Source: Phoronis australis (taxonomy: Eukaryota; Animalia; Phoronida). From it: a stretch of 64,000 nt of DNA. Under the pieces are notes generated by a model, which was not told the origin of the DNA, ran no database searches, and was given only the letters and a program-made list of their open reading frames with translations. Shown here piece after piece: positions 30,801 through 43,518 of the stretch. Numbering within the stretch: position 1 is the stretch's first letter; every line of letters starts with the position of its first letter. A program made the translations under genes and the position numbers. The stretch is from NCBI GenBank assembly GCA_002633005.1, contig NMRA01000120.1, positions 621,940 through 685,939 on the forward strand, given 5' to 3'.

Positions 30801-33800
30801 ATTGAAACTATTGTAGGCTTCTGGCTAAGTCCATCAATACACTGTACGACATACAAGGCAAATGAATACAGACGGCATCCCGGCCACTTCTTAGGGTTTG
30901 CCTATTTAGAGGCCAATTTCTACAAGATTAGGTCGTATTCAATCGTTAAATGTAACTCTTTTGAAAGCATTTCACCATTTGTCTCTAGGGCTTTATCTGT
31001 CACACCATTGAAAATTTGTTCAAATCATCCAGCCATCTCCAAACGCCGCGCATCCTTGTTACTCTGAATCATAACTACACGTAAGCAACCGAGATTAACT
31101 GAGACCAAGACATATAGTAAAATCAACCAACGGGTCCATTCAAACCCACGGCATCTCTATCAAGTCTTCGTGTGAAACAATAAATGATTTATAAATGTAC
31201 TATGAATGTATTAAAATCGTTCAAAATGACCTTACCCCCTAGCCCTGCTGGTTCCTTTAGCCACAAAGACTGCTGTCCGTCGAACTGACCTCTTCAGCTT
31301 ATATGGCGCCTTAGTTGTGAGGCCATTGTTTTTCTTTCAAACTTCGGGAAAGATTAAAAGTGTCTAGCCAGGCGCAGGTCCGACACGGCTTTTCCAGAGG
31401 GCACGATTTGTTTCGACAATGTCTTGTTGCGCAATCCGGTGTTTTGCTTCTCTCTTGCGCGGCAAGGAAGTCAACGAACGCCATCGGAAGGTGTAAACAA
31501 ATTGCAGCTATGAGCCATAAATAAATAGACTGTGAAGGAACGGTTATTTTGATATTCGGAAATTGACATCAAGTGTTAACACCATAGTTGGAAAAGCTGT
31601 GAGGATATCGATTTAATCCGTCCAACAGGACAGTAACAGAGGCGTCGTTTTGTTATCGAAAGACCGCTGTGGGAAGTTACGAAGAAATTGCGCTCACGTA
31701 TTCCTTCTGTCCTACATGGCTGACGAAACAAATGTTGAGATAACAGGATTATTTCGACTACAAGTTCCAAGCAATAACTAAAAATGAAGCAAGTTGGAAA
31801 TGTCTTGTGTTTATAGCGTGGAAAATCAAAACGCCCCTTCAATAATTATTTACTGTTGAGTAATTTATTTTCATTTCCTTAACCAATGTCAGTCGTTTAT
31901 TCGGTAATTCATTTTTCCCAACGTGATGGGAGTTTTAAACTTTGAACATTTCGATAGGTTGGAAAGATGTCGTTTGATATGTAACATATTTTTTCGCAGT
32001 CTATGGGACAACGGTTCCAGGCGATGATGTTCACGAACTTCAACGTCTGATAATCGATCAATCGAACCACTGAATCGACTGAATCATCATGCATACGAGT
32101 AAAAATCCCGCATACAAACCACAAATCCATCCACACGAGCATGGCTGAAGAAGTTTCTGCTGAAAATTTTGTTTTATCCTTGTTTACTGAATCCATTTAA
32201 TTTTTGTAATTACACTTGAGTGAGTAAATTTATTAATTTAGTCCAAAACAAAACTGGAGCAAAGAAGACAACATAAGAGAAATTGTCTTTCTCATTACGT
32301 CACTATGAAATGTAACTCAGTGTGAGCATCAATTCTTCATACTTGTTGAACTTGAAATATAAACAAGAGCTATAAATTTATAGTAGTAAAAATATAAACA
32401 GTATATTGAAGTGACAAATTGATTAGCCCTAAAGACGTAGCTTGTTTTAGAAAAACTACGGTTCAACAAGTTTAAAATATTATCAAATATACGAGTATGT
32501 TTTCAAAATTATTCATGCCCAGTCACTGATGAAAACTGTGCGTATTTACCTGTACATTATGTCGAAGTCAACTTACACAAAAGTTTGTTTGTCAAAGCAG
32601 TATTCCAACGCGTTCACGAAAGTTTTCCAAAAATAACACAAGATCTATATTGATATATGTTTACTTTTCTTTTGTAGCCGACGAAATTCGAATAACACTT
32701 TCAGTCCCATAAAAGAAAAATAATAGAAAGTAGGTGCATAATCGCTATTACGAGAACCAAGTATAAGAATTCATTTTCCACGCCGTGTTTTCTTGTGTGA
32801 AATTAATAGCCGATACCTTCTTTGATCATGGTATTATAATATTTTAATGACAAAGGTATATGAAATCCGTGTTTGGTAGAAATATTTTCATAACCGGTGC
32901 CCGAGACGTTATAGTCGCGTCTACGATATGCAAACTATTCAGTCTTTAGTGTGAAATAATATTATTAGTAGATAGGCGGTTCAACACAACAAGTTGCGTA
33001 ATTTTAGCGCAATGTGATTTGGCGTGAGGTTAATGCAAGTTCAACAGCGTGTATCGTAATTTAAAACTTCTTATAAAATTTTATTAGAGATTCATTTCAT
33101 ATAAGGTTCCATATGATTTATGATATTAAGTAAAAAGAAGCCCAAAAGTATATTATAATCAGAAGTACAAATAAATATTCGTGTGCATGTACTTTTAAAT
33201 GGATATCATCGGTGAGAAAAGGGGACTTTCTGAGACCAACCTCAGCACGCAATCGATCCTGTAACTCTGAGGACGCTATTTCAAATCACATAATATCAAG
33301 AAAATCATACTTAGAAAACTATACAATTTAACTCAATAAAAGAATACATATTATTGGGCAAAAGCAGCCAGCTTGTAGGGTTTAATTTTAACTTTTCCAA
33401 TCTGCCATTAATTGGGTCACATGACAATGTAATTTTAGTAAAATTTAGCGAGAGAGTAAGGTATATCAATAACAAACCGACGGTATCAATGGCATGACCA
33501 AAGTTCGAGTTATAAATAAAATTAGAAATGAAATCTCAGGTACATGTACGCTTTCCCAATTTTTTTCAATTGTCATTTCGTTTTCGTTCTATGCAACTTT
33601 TGATTTTTATAAAAACCATAAAACGTAATATTTTTATGGCCCCTCATGCAAAAGTGGACCGCTTGAAACGATTGCTAACAAAGTTTTGGATATAACAGAG
33701 CATAAAAGTTCCTAAGCCAGCAAAAGTTTCATGTGAAACCGGCCAGCCTTCTGACACGTGATGTTCTACAACTAGCCAAATCTGAATATTTTTAGGGTCC

Positions 33801-34228
33801 TACATACTGGTGAAATCGCCAGCCATGAGTTCAGCGAATGCCTGACAGACAGCGAAGAGAATTGACGATTCATATGAAATCACAAAAACAGCGTATTTCA
33901 TTGTTTTATAGTACTGGTCAAAGCTAATAACTTAGTCCACCCGTCCTCATTTGACATGCCATCCAGTCAGATGTCCGCTGAGTTAATTTGGATACCCATT
34001 GATAAGTTTTACGAATTTACACGGTTGTATATGGTTTTTAGGTGTTGCTGCGGTGATCCACAAGAATACCTGACCAGAAATATTGTGCTAATTCGCTGCA
34101 CACGTGGAACAAACACTCAACGTTTTGTCTCACAACGTTACCTAGCTGGTACGTAGACACAAGACTACTTTTTGTGCAAGGCATTTTTTGTTCTTGCCAT
34201 TAGGGAGTGGGATGATCTCACTGAACAT

Positions 34229-34384
34229 CAGGGCTGTAGTGGTAAAATAAGAGGTAAGTAGGCGCCCGAAGCCCACCGTATCACCTTGAACAATGAACGT
34301 AACTTTCGATGCGTAGGCGCTACGTTCAAATGCCAAAAGGTGGTTGGCTGCGCCTACGTGCGCCTACGCTCCACTACAGCACTG
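34229..34384. mobile_element. hAT-type MITE
   Basis: TIRs CAGGGCTGTAGTGG / CCACTACAGCACTG. 8-bp TSD CTGAACAT (34221-34228) vs CTGATCAT (34385-34392), one mismatch. Subterminal GTAGGCGC/GCGCCTAC repeats. Confidence 0.75.
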
Positions 34385-35806
34385 CTGATCATATTTAACA
34401 CAAAACCGCCGTTAATCATTTCAAGCATTTTTTACAGCCAACTTTAGCTTTGCTCTGAACCTAATTATTTCCTGTTTTCATGTGATTTCTTATCTCTGAG
34501 GAACACCAGATTTTTTTGTACATTGTTTTCATCTTTTTATTTAAAATGTTTACTCTTTGTTTAAATTCTGTTTTTAATCTTATCATGATTATTTTTATGT
34601 AAAATTTCCTAGTTTGCCAATTGTAATTTATTATCGTTGTATCTTCATGTCCCTTTCCTTGTTTATGCCATCGTTCATTAACATGTTTGTTCCATGTATT
34701 TTTGTGAGGGCCTCTTGGATGATAATCTTTTTTGCTTAAAATGGTGTATAACTTACTTTTATCCTCAATAGGTCTTGTTTTTATAATATCCCACGAGAAA
34801 GTAGGTCGAAGGTTGAGATCGATACGCGGAATAAGGTCGAATGGGATATTCTTCGCCACTCGAGGTACGTTTAGTATTTATCCCATACGCTTCGAACTTT
34901 TAGTTTCTTTTATATTTTGGCAGACTATTCACGTGGCGGATTACAACCTATAGTGTATGTATTTGAGCGTTATGTTATAAGTTTATTCTAGTTAAAGAAA
35001 ACAGTATGAAGTGTAACCCGCCTTTATAGCATCAAAATAGCTTGACTTGAAAATTTATAATTGTTAAATTGGTCTCAACTTACTCAAACCACACTGTTTA
35101 AGCTTGAAAGAAACCGACAGTTCGTCTCGCAATTTCTCATTCAACTATAAAACAACAACAACAAAAACATTCTTGGGCATTTTGGGTGTTACATCTCCAG
35201 TCCGACAAAAACGCGGTCGGAAAGTCTCGTTGCAACGAGCATTTCACCTTAAATTACGCTTTGGCTTAGACCCAAATGTCCTGCTTTTTATCCTGAAGTC
35301 CCGCTTTTCAATACAGCTATTCCGTTTTTTCGTTTTTGAATGTTGACCATAATAACTATGCAGCAAATGTTAAAAATAACATTGTCTCTGTTTTTGAATA
35401 TTATTATTTTCCAGAGTCCACTTTCTTTAGTCAAACAACAATCGTAAAAATGTGTTCCAATGTCTCTGGGTCACTAACTTTTACTTACTGAAGAAAAGAG
35501 TTTATTTCTAAACTTTTATGGAAAGTGCTACACTGCAACCAATGTGATGAGCTATCCATAGTTATAAAGCTACGTGATAGATAAACGTTTGCCAATTGTT
35601 AATCTATCAGAAAACCATTATCTGCAAACTTTTTCGAATAGAGGGTAGGAGTATTTTGAATTCTTACTCTGAAGAATCGTTTCAAACAGCACGAAAGCTT
35701 CAATTAATCATAATATACAAAGATGTAAAGATGTAGAATTTTGGATGTATGCCTGACTAAATTATCCACACTCTGTGTGAGGGATCCATACTCTATAACC
35801 TTTGTC

Positions 35807-36051
35807 CATGCGTGCAACCACAGGGGGGCCCACCCCCATTTGGGGAAGTGGGCAAAAAGGTCCGCCTCAGATAAGCAAAACTCCAAAAAAAAATAGAAAA
35901 CGAGACAAAAGTTCACTAAAAGGGCAGAAACTACCGAACTTCGGCGAATGCACAATTCATAGATCTGAACGTACCCCGTGAATCTTTGTAAAAGCCGGCA
36001 AACATTATCAAAATTCGAGTCCCTCCATTTTTAGGCTGGGGGGTGCGCATG
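35807..36051. mobile_element. MITE (CATGCG-ended family, copy 1) with 5-bp TSD
   Basis: CATGCGTGCAACC...GGGTGCGCATG ends, TSD TTGTC at 35802-35806 and 36052-36056. Internal CCCCCATTTGG.GAAGTGGGCAAAAAGGTC is shared with 56760-57017. Confidence 0.8.
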
Positions 36052-38259
36052 TTGTCAAGGGTAGAAATTTTTTGAATCATTGACATCATTTCCTAATGTC
36101 TTTACTAGTCATTTACATAACCTCCCCGGTTCATTTCCTTTATATTTTTGAGTTTCTATTTGAGATTGTTTCGTGCAATAATAGAGCACGCTGATGTCTC
36201 ACCGTTCGTGATGTCTGCGATATTGCACTGTTTAAACGTTACCGTCGTACGTGGTACTATCTTATGTTTTAAATTAAGTTGTGTCCTTTAAATGAGTAAC
36301 TGACATTGAATTTGAACATTTTTTTCTATATTTGATAAGTCCAGTATGTCATTTTTAGTTGGTCTCCATTGGTCATAAATTTCAGCATTTAGAACACTGA
36401 TTGAAATCTTATTCAAAAATATTTCATTTTTCAATCTTCTCTTATACCTGAAGCACCAGACCTTCCTGTTATATTTGAGCTTTGCCTAACTTTCACATAC
36501 CCACCCAAGATAATGCCACGGTACCTCAAAGCCAATACGCCAACACGAGACTATAACTGGCTGGACGTTTTCCCGCCAACCCTCTTATGACACTTGAATA
36601 GGGAGAACAATGTAATGACGTAATCTCTCGTCGGTTAAAGCGTAGGCTTTTGAAGTTCTCTATACGCTAATGAACACTCGCGAGTCATTTGACGAAAATA
36701 AAGTATGTTCAAACTGACTGAAACGAACCTACTTTAGCGTGCTAGAACGTAAGTCCAGAACAGTGACAGGTGCAGCATTTTTGTGGTTTAAATAAAATAT
36801 TAAAGTGGAACAGTCGACAACAAGGAAGTGTGAATAAAACGTTGACCATATTTACACGAATTCATATCAGACAACACTTCAACTGTTGTTCGGGAGTTTT
36901 TCACACAAAGATTTTCGAAATGTGCGTGAATGTATTTTCTTTGCCTTTCCTATAACAAAAATCCGGGAGGCCAACGATCGGCGATTTCTCCGAATGCCAC
37001 TTGAACAGTGATACCTTCCGATACCTGCAAGCTCATTTTGCAGGGTTCAAGAAGGACATCCAAGATCAAAAGCCCATTTAAAAGTTATTGTTTACACCCG
37101 AGTGTATTTGTAAGCACACGGTATGCATTTTTGTCCTGTGAACGCACTGGGATGTAAAGCTACACCTGGGTGTTTTACACCACATTGCGAAGTCGTGCGA
37201 ACGAGGTTTCAACATACATGTAGGATCGTTCGGCCGAATGTGCCATCAAAGATACTATAGTAATTATAATTGTCAGAATAAATATTGATTAAGTAATTAG
37301 TACAAATAGTTCCATTTAAGTTGCCCAAAATTTGTGCATATGTACCTTTAAAACTATTTTTAGATGATGTTTACCACTTTGAATCTGGGGTCAATGCACT
37401 CCAAAGACTCTAGAAATTTCTGAGATCAGATCGTAATAGCCAATGATATGATTAGATAATATCGTGTGGTTTTTAGTAGCCAATTGTTAAGTATGTACAT
37501 TACTATAATTTGGACAAAAGTCTGGAAAATACTCAGATGGGATTTAGTAGTTGAAGCTAGAAGATTTGCTACAGTGTACAGAAGAAATTGCACTACAGAG
37601 TCATCTCGTGGAAAATTCTAAAAAGGCCACTTGGCAAGGGCAAGGGTTAACGAACAAGAAATTAACTAAGAGCTTGTCACTTGCGTCGTGGGTAGTAATA
37701 AACTGCTTGCAAGTGTTGCTTCACGAGAGACGTCGACCAGCAAGAAGAATCGTGGGTAGGAAATATTGGCTGCAAGTGTTGCGTCACGAAGGACCGTGAC
37801 CAGCAACTACAACTACACTGTCGTAGTACAGTGTGTGTTAGTTCGAGGATGGAACAACAGGACTGTCATCCGAGTGTCGAGTCCTACAGTTTGGATAACA
37901 GATAAGACGTTTGATTATATTTTTTTGATTGATTGATTGAAGTTATCCTTTCAGAGGGCGCTAGCTTAGTTATCCTTCTTCATTGTTAGAGTACTTAATT
38001 AGGGATTCACTTGCGTAAATTAGTGGTTAATAAATAAATTAGTTGAAAAGGTAGCTATGCTTTGAGATTGTGCGAGGATTAACTTCTGTCAATAATATTT
38101 TTATTGCCATTACAGCATTTTTTCTGTGATTTCATTTGCGCAGACGACAACGCCACTTCTTGTAGCATTTGAAATTATCCTCTTTTGTCTAGAGTGTTTT
38201 GGTAGGGGTTTCATTGTAACAATTGCTTGGTGAAACTTTCACGGATTTTGTATGCCACG

Positions 38260-38475
38260 GCTTCGTTGGGTATACACCATTCCAAAAAGGTGCAATAGAC
38301 ATTTTTTATTTCTTTTCTTGGACAAAAATCGATTAATTTTGCTAAAGGGGTTTTGTTGTTTTTGAACGCTGAATTTATTAATGCCAGAGTGCCATGAACA
38401 CCACTGTATTAACGTGGCCAAACGTCACCCTCCAAAACTGCGTAGGGGTAGCAGTTAAAATTATGTGGCTGTCGG
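38260..38475 (+). pseudogene. Possible highly decayed Academ-type (XPG-like domain) transposase relic interrupted by the RTE
   Basis: ASLGIHHSK-(G)CN..ISFLGQK resembles LLGxHAFTGCD..SFxGxGK. PSKTA*G*Q resembles PSPxxWGW (TGG>TAG). After the RTE, WRNCKCGYCGLL (~40309-40345) resembles the C-terminal CxC..GL cysteine motif. Weak, by eye. Confidence 0.25.
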
Positions 38476-38518
38476 GTTTTCGAAACGGATTTGTCCATCT
38501 GGGAAAGTTAATTTGTCC

Positions 38519-38762
38519 GGGTTGTGATGTTCTAACACAGGGTTAGATGCGTAGTTAGTCTGTAGCTTAGTATAGATTAGTTGCTTCAACTTTCTGGCTT
38601 TCAGCTACAGCTGTCGATTAGCCTTTGGGCAAAAAGGAAGGCTGAGCGCGTAAGCCCTTCCCTGTTGACATTTACCTGCCTCTAATCAAGACTCTTGCAA
38701 TATCTCCTCGTGGTACAACCCGGTAGCTGGGCACCTTACGGCCCCAGACTAAACTGCAAGGG
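38519..38762 (+). ncRNA. HDV-like self-cleaving ribozyme at the RTE 5' end
   Basis: P1 GGGUUGU (38519-25)/ACAACCC (38715-21). P2 CUCUUGCA.U (38692-701)/A.UGCAAGGG (38753-62). P3 AUC (38702-04)/GGU (38712-14) with L3 UCCUCGU. P1.1 CC/GG (38722-23). P4 CUGGG (38727-31)/CCCAG (38743-47). J4/2 A-C-U-A-A with putative catalytic C38749. HDV-like ribozymes are known at RTE 5' ends. Confidence 0.85.
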
Positions 38763-40295
38763 ATCTCGGAGCAGGATGGAGCCCTAGATGTGCACGAAGT
38801 GCATGGCCCACCGGTGAGTGGATACGCCCAGCCTCTCACCAATCTACCACCCCCAGCGACTGAGTCAAAATGCCGGGCAGACTGGACCCGTTAGCCTTGA
38901 TTGGTAGTCAGCCTAGGAGAAGGAAAACTCTGAATATAAAACCATTTTGCCTTCCCAGGGTTAATTGGGTTGGATGCAAGGCCAACACCCTTGCTCCGTA
39001 AAACACTTCTTGTTAAAGAAACCTCAGTGACTGAAACAAATCGGACTGATCAAACCGGACTTAGCGTGAGGCAAGTTACAAGACAGGACCCGCGAGACCT
39101 GTCTTGTAAATTGATTTCACATAAAAGGGCAATGAGAATCGGTGCTTGGAATGTGCGCACCTTACGAGAGGTTGGAAGATGTGCCCAAGTTGCCAAGGAG
39201 ATGAACGACCATAAGCTCTCCATACTAGGACTCAGCGAGGTACGCTGGAACACCTTTGGACAGATGAGATTACAGACAGGAGAGACCATCTTATACTCCG
39301 GGAAGGAGAGTGAAGACAACATCCATGAACATGGCGGGGTGGGTTTGCTGCTGAACAAACATGCTGCTAATAGTTTAATTGAATGGAATCCAATATCTGA
39401 CAGACTCATGACTGCAAGGTTTGCATCACGTTTTCAGAGAGTCTCAGTTGTGCAATGCTACGCTCCTACAAATGCTGCAACCGTGGACGAGGAAGAGGAC
39501 TTCTACAACAAACTACAAGCTGTGGTGGATAGGATACCAAGTCGTGATGTTCTTATTGTGATTGGAGACCTGAACGCCAAGATAGGCTCAGACAATGCTG
39601 GTAGAGAACGAGTAATGGGCCGTCATGGACTGGGGGTTATGAATGAAAATGGGAATTGTTTGCTGACTTCTGTGCCAACAATAATCTTGCCATTGGAGGC
39701 TCAATCTTTCCCCATAAAGACTGCCACAAAGGCACTTGGGGATCACCAGACGGACTTACAGTTAACCAAATTGACCACTCGGCGGTGCATCAGCGATGGA
39801 GAAGAACACTTGAAGACGTCCGTGTCAAACACAGCGCAGGCGTAGGCTCAGATCATTATCTAGTAGTTGCCAAATTGAAAGTCAAGCTGTCTTCACACAG
39901 ACGAAAACAGATCTACACACGGACCAAGTACAATGTCGACAAACTCAAGGAAAATGACACCCGACGTGAATTCCGACTTACTCTTGAGAACAAATTCGCG
40001 GCACTAAAACCTGACTCCCCAGATCCTAGCATCGAACAAACGTGGAAAAGACTCAAAGACTCCTACAATGGAGCTTGCGAAGAGATTCTGGGAATGCGCA
40101 GGAAGAACAAAAATGCATGGATGACTGAGGATACCTGGTCAAAGATTGAAAAACAGAAACATCTAAAGAAGAATCTCTTTCATACAAAAACACGATTGCA
40201 GAAGCAAAATGCTCAACAGGAATATGAACGTATGGCTAAAGTAGTCAAACTGAACATCAGAAAAGACAAACGTCAGCACCTTGAGAAGATTACAA
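38519..40295 (+). mobile_element. RTE-clade non-LTR retrotransposon, 5'-intact, 3'-truncated (no RT domain)
   Basis: The 5' end is defined by an HDV-like ribozyme. A single ORF with an N-terminal APE endonuclease follows, with the RTE-type linker (KYNVDKLK...FRLTLENKF...WMTEDTW). Similarity stops abruptly near 40295. Confidence 0.9.
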
Positions 40296-40309
40296 ATTGG
40301 CATGACTGA
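39132..40309 (+). pseudogene. RTE apurinic-like endonuclease (APE/EEP) ORF, frameshifted and truncated before the reverse transcriptase
   Basis: Motifs IGAWNVRTL, LGLSEVRW, VVQCYAPT, GDLNAKIG, NENG, QIDH, GSDH. A 1-nt deletion near 39653 (expected ENG-E-LFADFC) joins ORFs 38970-39845 and 39656-40309. Confidence 0.9.
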
Positions 40310-42802
40310 TGGAGGAATTGTAAGTGTGGATATTGTGGTCTGTTGTACAGACAAATCGGTGATTAATTGATGTTCAAGAAATGTAAATCAGAAAATTGTG
40401 GTTGTGTATTTTCGGAATGCATTTTTCTACTGTCTCTAACTTTTGTTTACATTACTGTTCTGTATTCACACAGTATGAATAAAACACCTGTTAAATGAGA
40501 CAGATCAGGGTGTGTGCATTGTACATGTGTGTGATTTAAGTATGCGGCTATTCAACCGCCTTACCGTAGAAACGAAATGTTTGCTGTCGCGCTACTGACA
40601 AGGCTAAAAACTGTTCATAGTCCGCCATTTTCATTCTTTGTTGTAAAGCTAACCAATGACTGCCGAGATTACATCAACCAGTGATAAAATCACGTGCTAC
40701 TGAATGATAACTGCGTGTTCTGACAGAGAACCAGCGAGTGTTGTGGGTTGATGTTACATCCCTCAATAGATGGCGTTGTGAGCTCAAACTCGTCCATGTC
40801 GCTGTTCTTTTAGAAATGCGGAGTCATCTCTTGTGTACCAGGGTAGAGTTCAATAGGTGTCTCGCGGCGAGAAAATGTAGCCAAGATCACGTGTTCTTAT
40901 TGAAAATACACGGCAGTATCTCTCGGAATCTCGTGAGATCTTGCTTTTCTAGCATGGTGTTAACGTTGTTGTTCGACCCGGGTTTTCCATTGCGTCACTA
41001 TGGTAATTGCTCACACCAGACATCTGCGGACAGTTCAAGTAAAATTAACGTGCGTTGAACATCGGAACCAACAAAACACGCAGAGAACGGCTTCGACAAC
41101 ATAAGTGGATAAAAATTAGTCAATGTTGCCTCCAATGGGGGTAATTTACGCAATCCGGCGGTTGCCACTGTTGTGTGCCTCTGACCGCATTCATGGGCTG
41201 CGCAGCAATGAAACAAGTGGGCGCCGGCATGTTATTTAAGCTAGATGAGTATCTCAAATTGTTTCGTTGAAAATCAGCTTAGCGTCTGGTGGTGCATCGT
41301 TTTCCAAGAACGTCTGATCGGCAGAACCGCCTTGAAGGAAAACGTCACGATGCAGCCCCACCATCATAATTTCCTGGCTGGATCCCAACTAATGAGCCCA
41401 CGGTTGCCCCTTTGACACGTACATTTCGTTTTACACCGCCTCGCAACACCATGTACAACGGTCGTTACTTTTCTCTCCATTGCCGTTCCCCTGAACATAA
41501 TTATAAGCTACATGTGACCAGGAAGAAATTATTTGCCGTTGTCTGTCTTCGTGATACGATAAAACGCCCAGGCGTGCGCCCAGATCAAAAGTCAACACTC
41601 GTCACTGACTTGTCAAGTTTACACTGAGTCACACGGCATTTCATTGCTATGTTTGCCCTCTCTACCTCAGTATACAATACTCTAAAATGTCAGATGATTT
41701 AACCTTGTGACTGAAGTGACAAAAAGCTTCACAGTGAATGAGAGTCAAGAAGGTCTCGTGATCCCACGTGCAAAAAGGGTTCTCAGTTATTGACATTCTC
41801 ACACCTAATTGCCTACCACTTATACTGTTTTGCACGTGCTTTAAATCGGTCATTATACTGTACTACAAACATAAGTTGAATGACAAATAGACGGTGGGGA
41901 AAACCCATGACTGTAAAAAAATATTTCCCAGCGTCTCGTTTCCTATTTATATAGTGTTTCAACAAATTATGATAAGAGGAAATAACTCCTGTAAAAAGAT
42001 TCCTGCAAATTTTCTGGGATTTTGAAATACATGGGAATATGTTATTATTGTAACCTAATGCCCAATATTTCTTTGAGGCAAAAGTAAGAGCATGGCAAAT
42101 CGCAGTTGGAATAATTTAATGCAGTGATGGACCATTAAAGTTAGCTTCTGTTCTTGAAATGAATGGCGGATTAACAACAAATGTTTGCCCATGTTGATCT
42201 CAAGTTCATGCCCCCGGCTCCAAGTTGCGCATCAACTGCCGGTGGCGATACTGAGGTTACTGACATCCCACGTTTTCTTACATCAATTCATTTAACGTAC
42301 AAAAAAGTTCTCAGTGGGTTGGTCCTTGTCACTCTTTCCTCACTCTGTCGAAATCCGACTACTAAGAAAATAATAAGTTTTGATTCGTTTCACATCAAAA
42401 GCCCTACAGATGAGCACAGACACTTTATTCTGACATGTGTTTTGGCCCATTCATTTCTACCGAATAGCAAGGTACATCCCCGGCCCAGCGTACTACAGTA
42501 AAAACGCAACTTCCCCCACACGTAGTCAAACGCACTGTATTACGTTGTTTGCTTATTTGTCGTGTACTTGGCCGAACATTGAAATTCTGCATTGGCGCCA
42601 CGATTTACAGTACAAACATCGAACCGAATTCCCTTTTTGCTTTCGTTTTCATTGCTAACTTCCAATAAATGAAATAAAGTAACCGAAATCTTGAGGGAAA
42701 TACCGTGAACTGTTGTGTTTTTTTTTCAATATCTGCCAGTTTGCAGTTGTGTGGCCCTAAATACTAAACGTTCTAGAGTGACTGCATGCGCAATAAAAGT
42801 GG

Positions 42803-43518
42803 GTTATATCCAATGAGAATTTGGTTTGTAGGTTACATGAGCTGCGAAGCATCTGTGCGCTCGGAATTTTGCGCTCGTAATCTTACGCTCGCACTTTTGT
42901 ACGAAATGTTCGAAAGGTAAAACCTCATACGCAAAGTATATCAATGAAAAACATTGAAAACTATCGAAAATTGGCTTATGTTTCTACTTGCTGCCCAAGT
43001 CATCCCAGGCATCTGGAAATGGTGCGTTTTAATAAACATTGAGGTGTCAAAATGTCAACCTAGCAAGTCGTCTTGTAGTTTTTTATTTTATTTGTTGAAT
43101 CACCATGATTTTCAATAGTTAATTAGTTTCATTCTCTACTCCTAGCAGCGCGTGCAGATGATATATTACATAACAAAAACATAGGTTCAAAACAGTTTTC
43201 GGAAGGTAATGTTGTAAAATTCCTAAATGTTGGTGGTAAATCACTGATTCTTTATCCAAGACATTTGAATAACAAACCTTTTGCAAAACAATATATACTG
43301 AGTATTATATTAGTTGAATGGCTCGTGAACTCGTGGAATGGTATGACTTAAATGTAACGACGTCTTGCTAAAATTACGAGCGTATCATTACGAGCGTAAT
43401 TTTACGAGTAAAAAATACGAGCGTAAAATTACGAGTAAAGAATACGAGCGTAAAATTACGAGCGTAAAACTTCTTTAGAGCTCACGTGACTAAAAATTTA
43501 TTCCTCATTCAATATAAC
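42803..43518. mobile_element. Foldback/MITE-like element with (A)TTACGAGCGTAA(T) subterminal repeats, upstream of the TNF gene
   Basis: The left arm GTTATATCCAATGAG...TTACATGAGCT..TTTTGCGCTCGTAATCTTACGCTCG is an imperfect reverse complement of the right arm ...TTACGAGCGTAAAATTACGAGCGTAAAACTTCTTTAGAGCTCACGTGAC...CTCATTCAATATAAC. About 7 tandem 13-14-bp units at 43372-43469. Confidence 0.7.

Noticed and set aside
34461-34859. 132-aa Lys/Ile/Asn-rich minus-strand ORF
   Set aside because: Low-complexity product of T-rich DNA with no domain motif.
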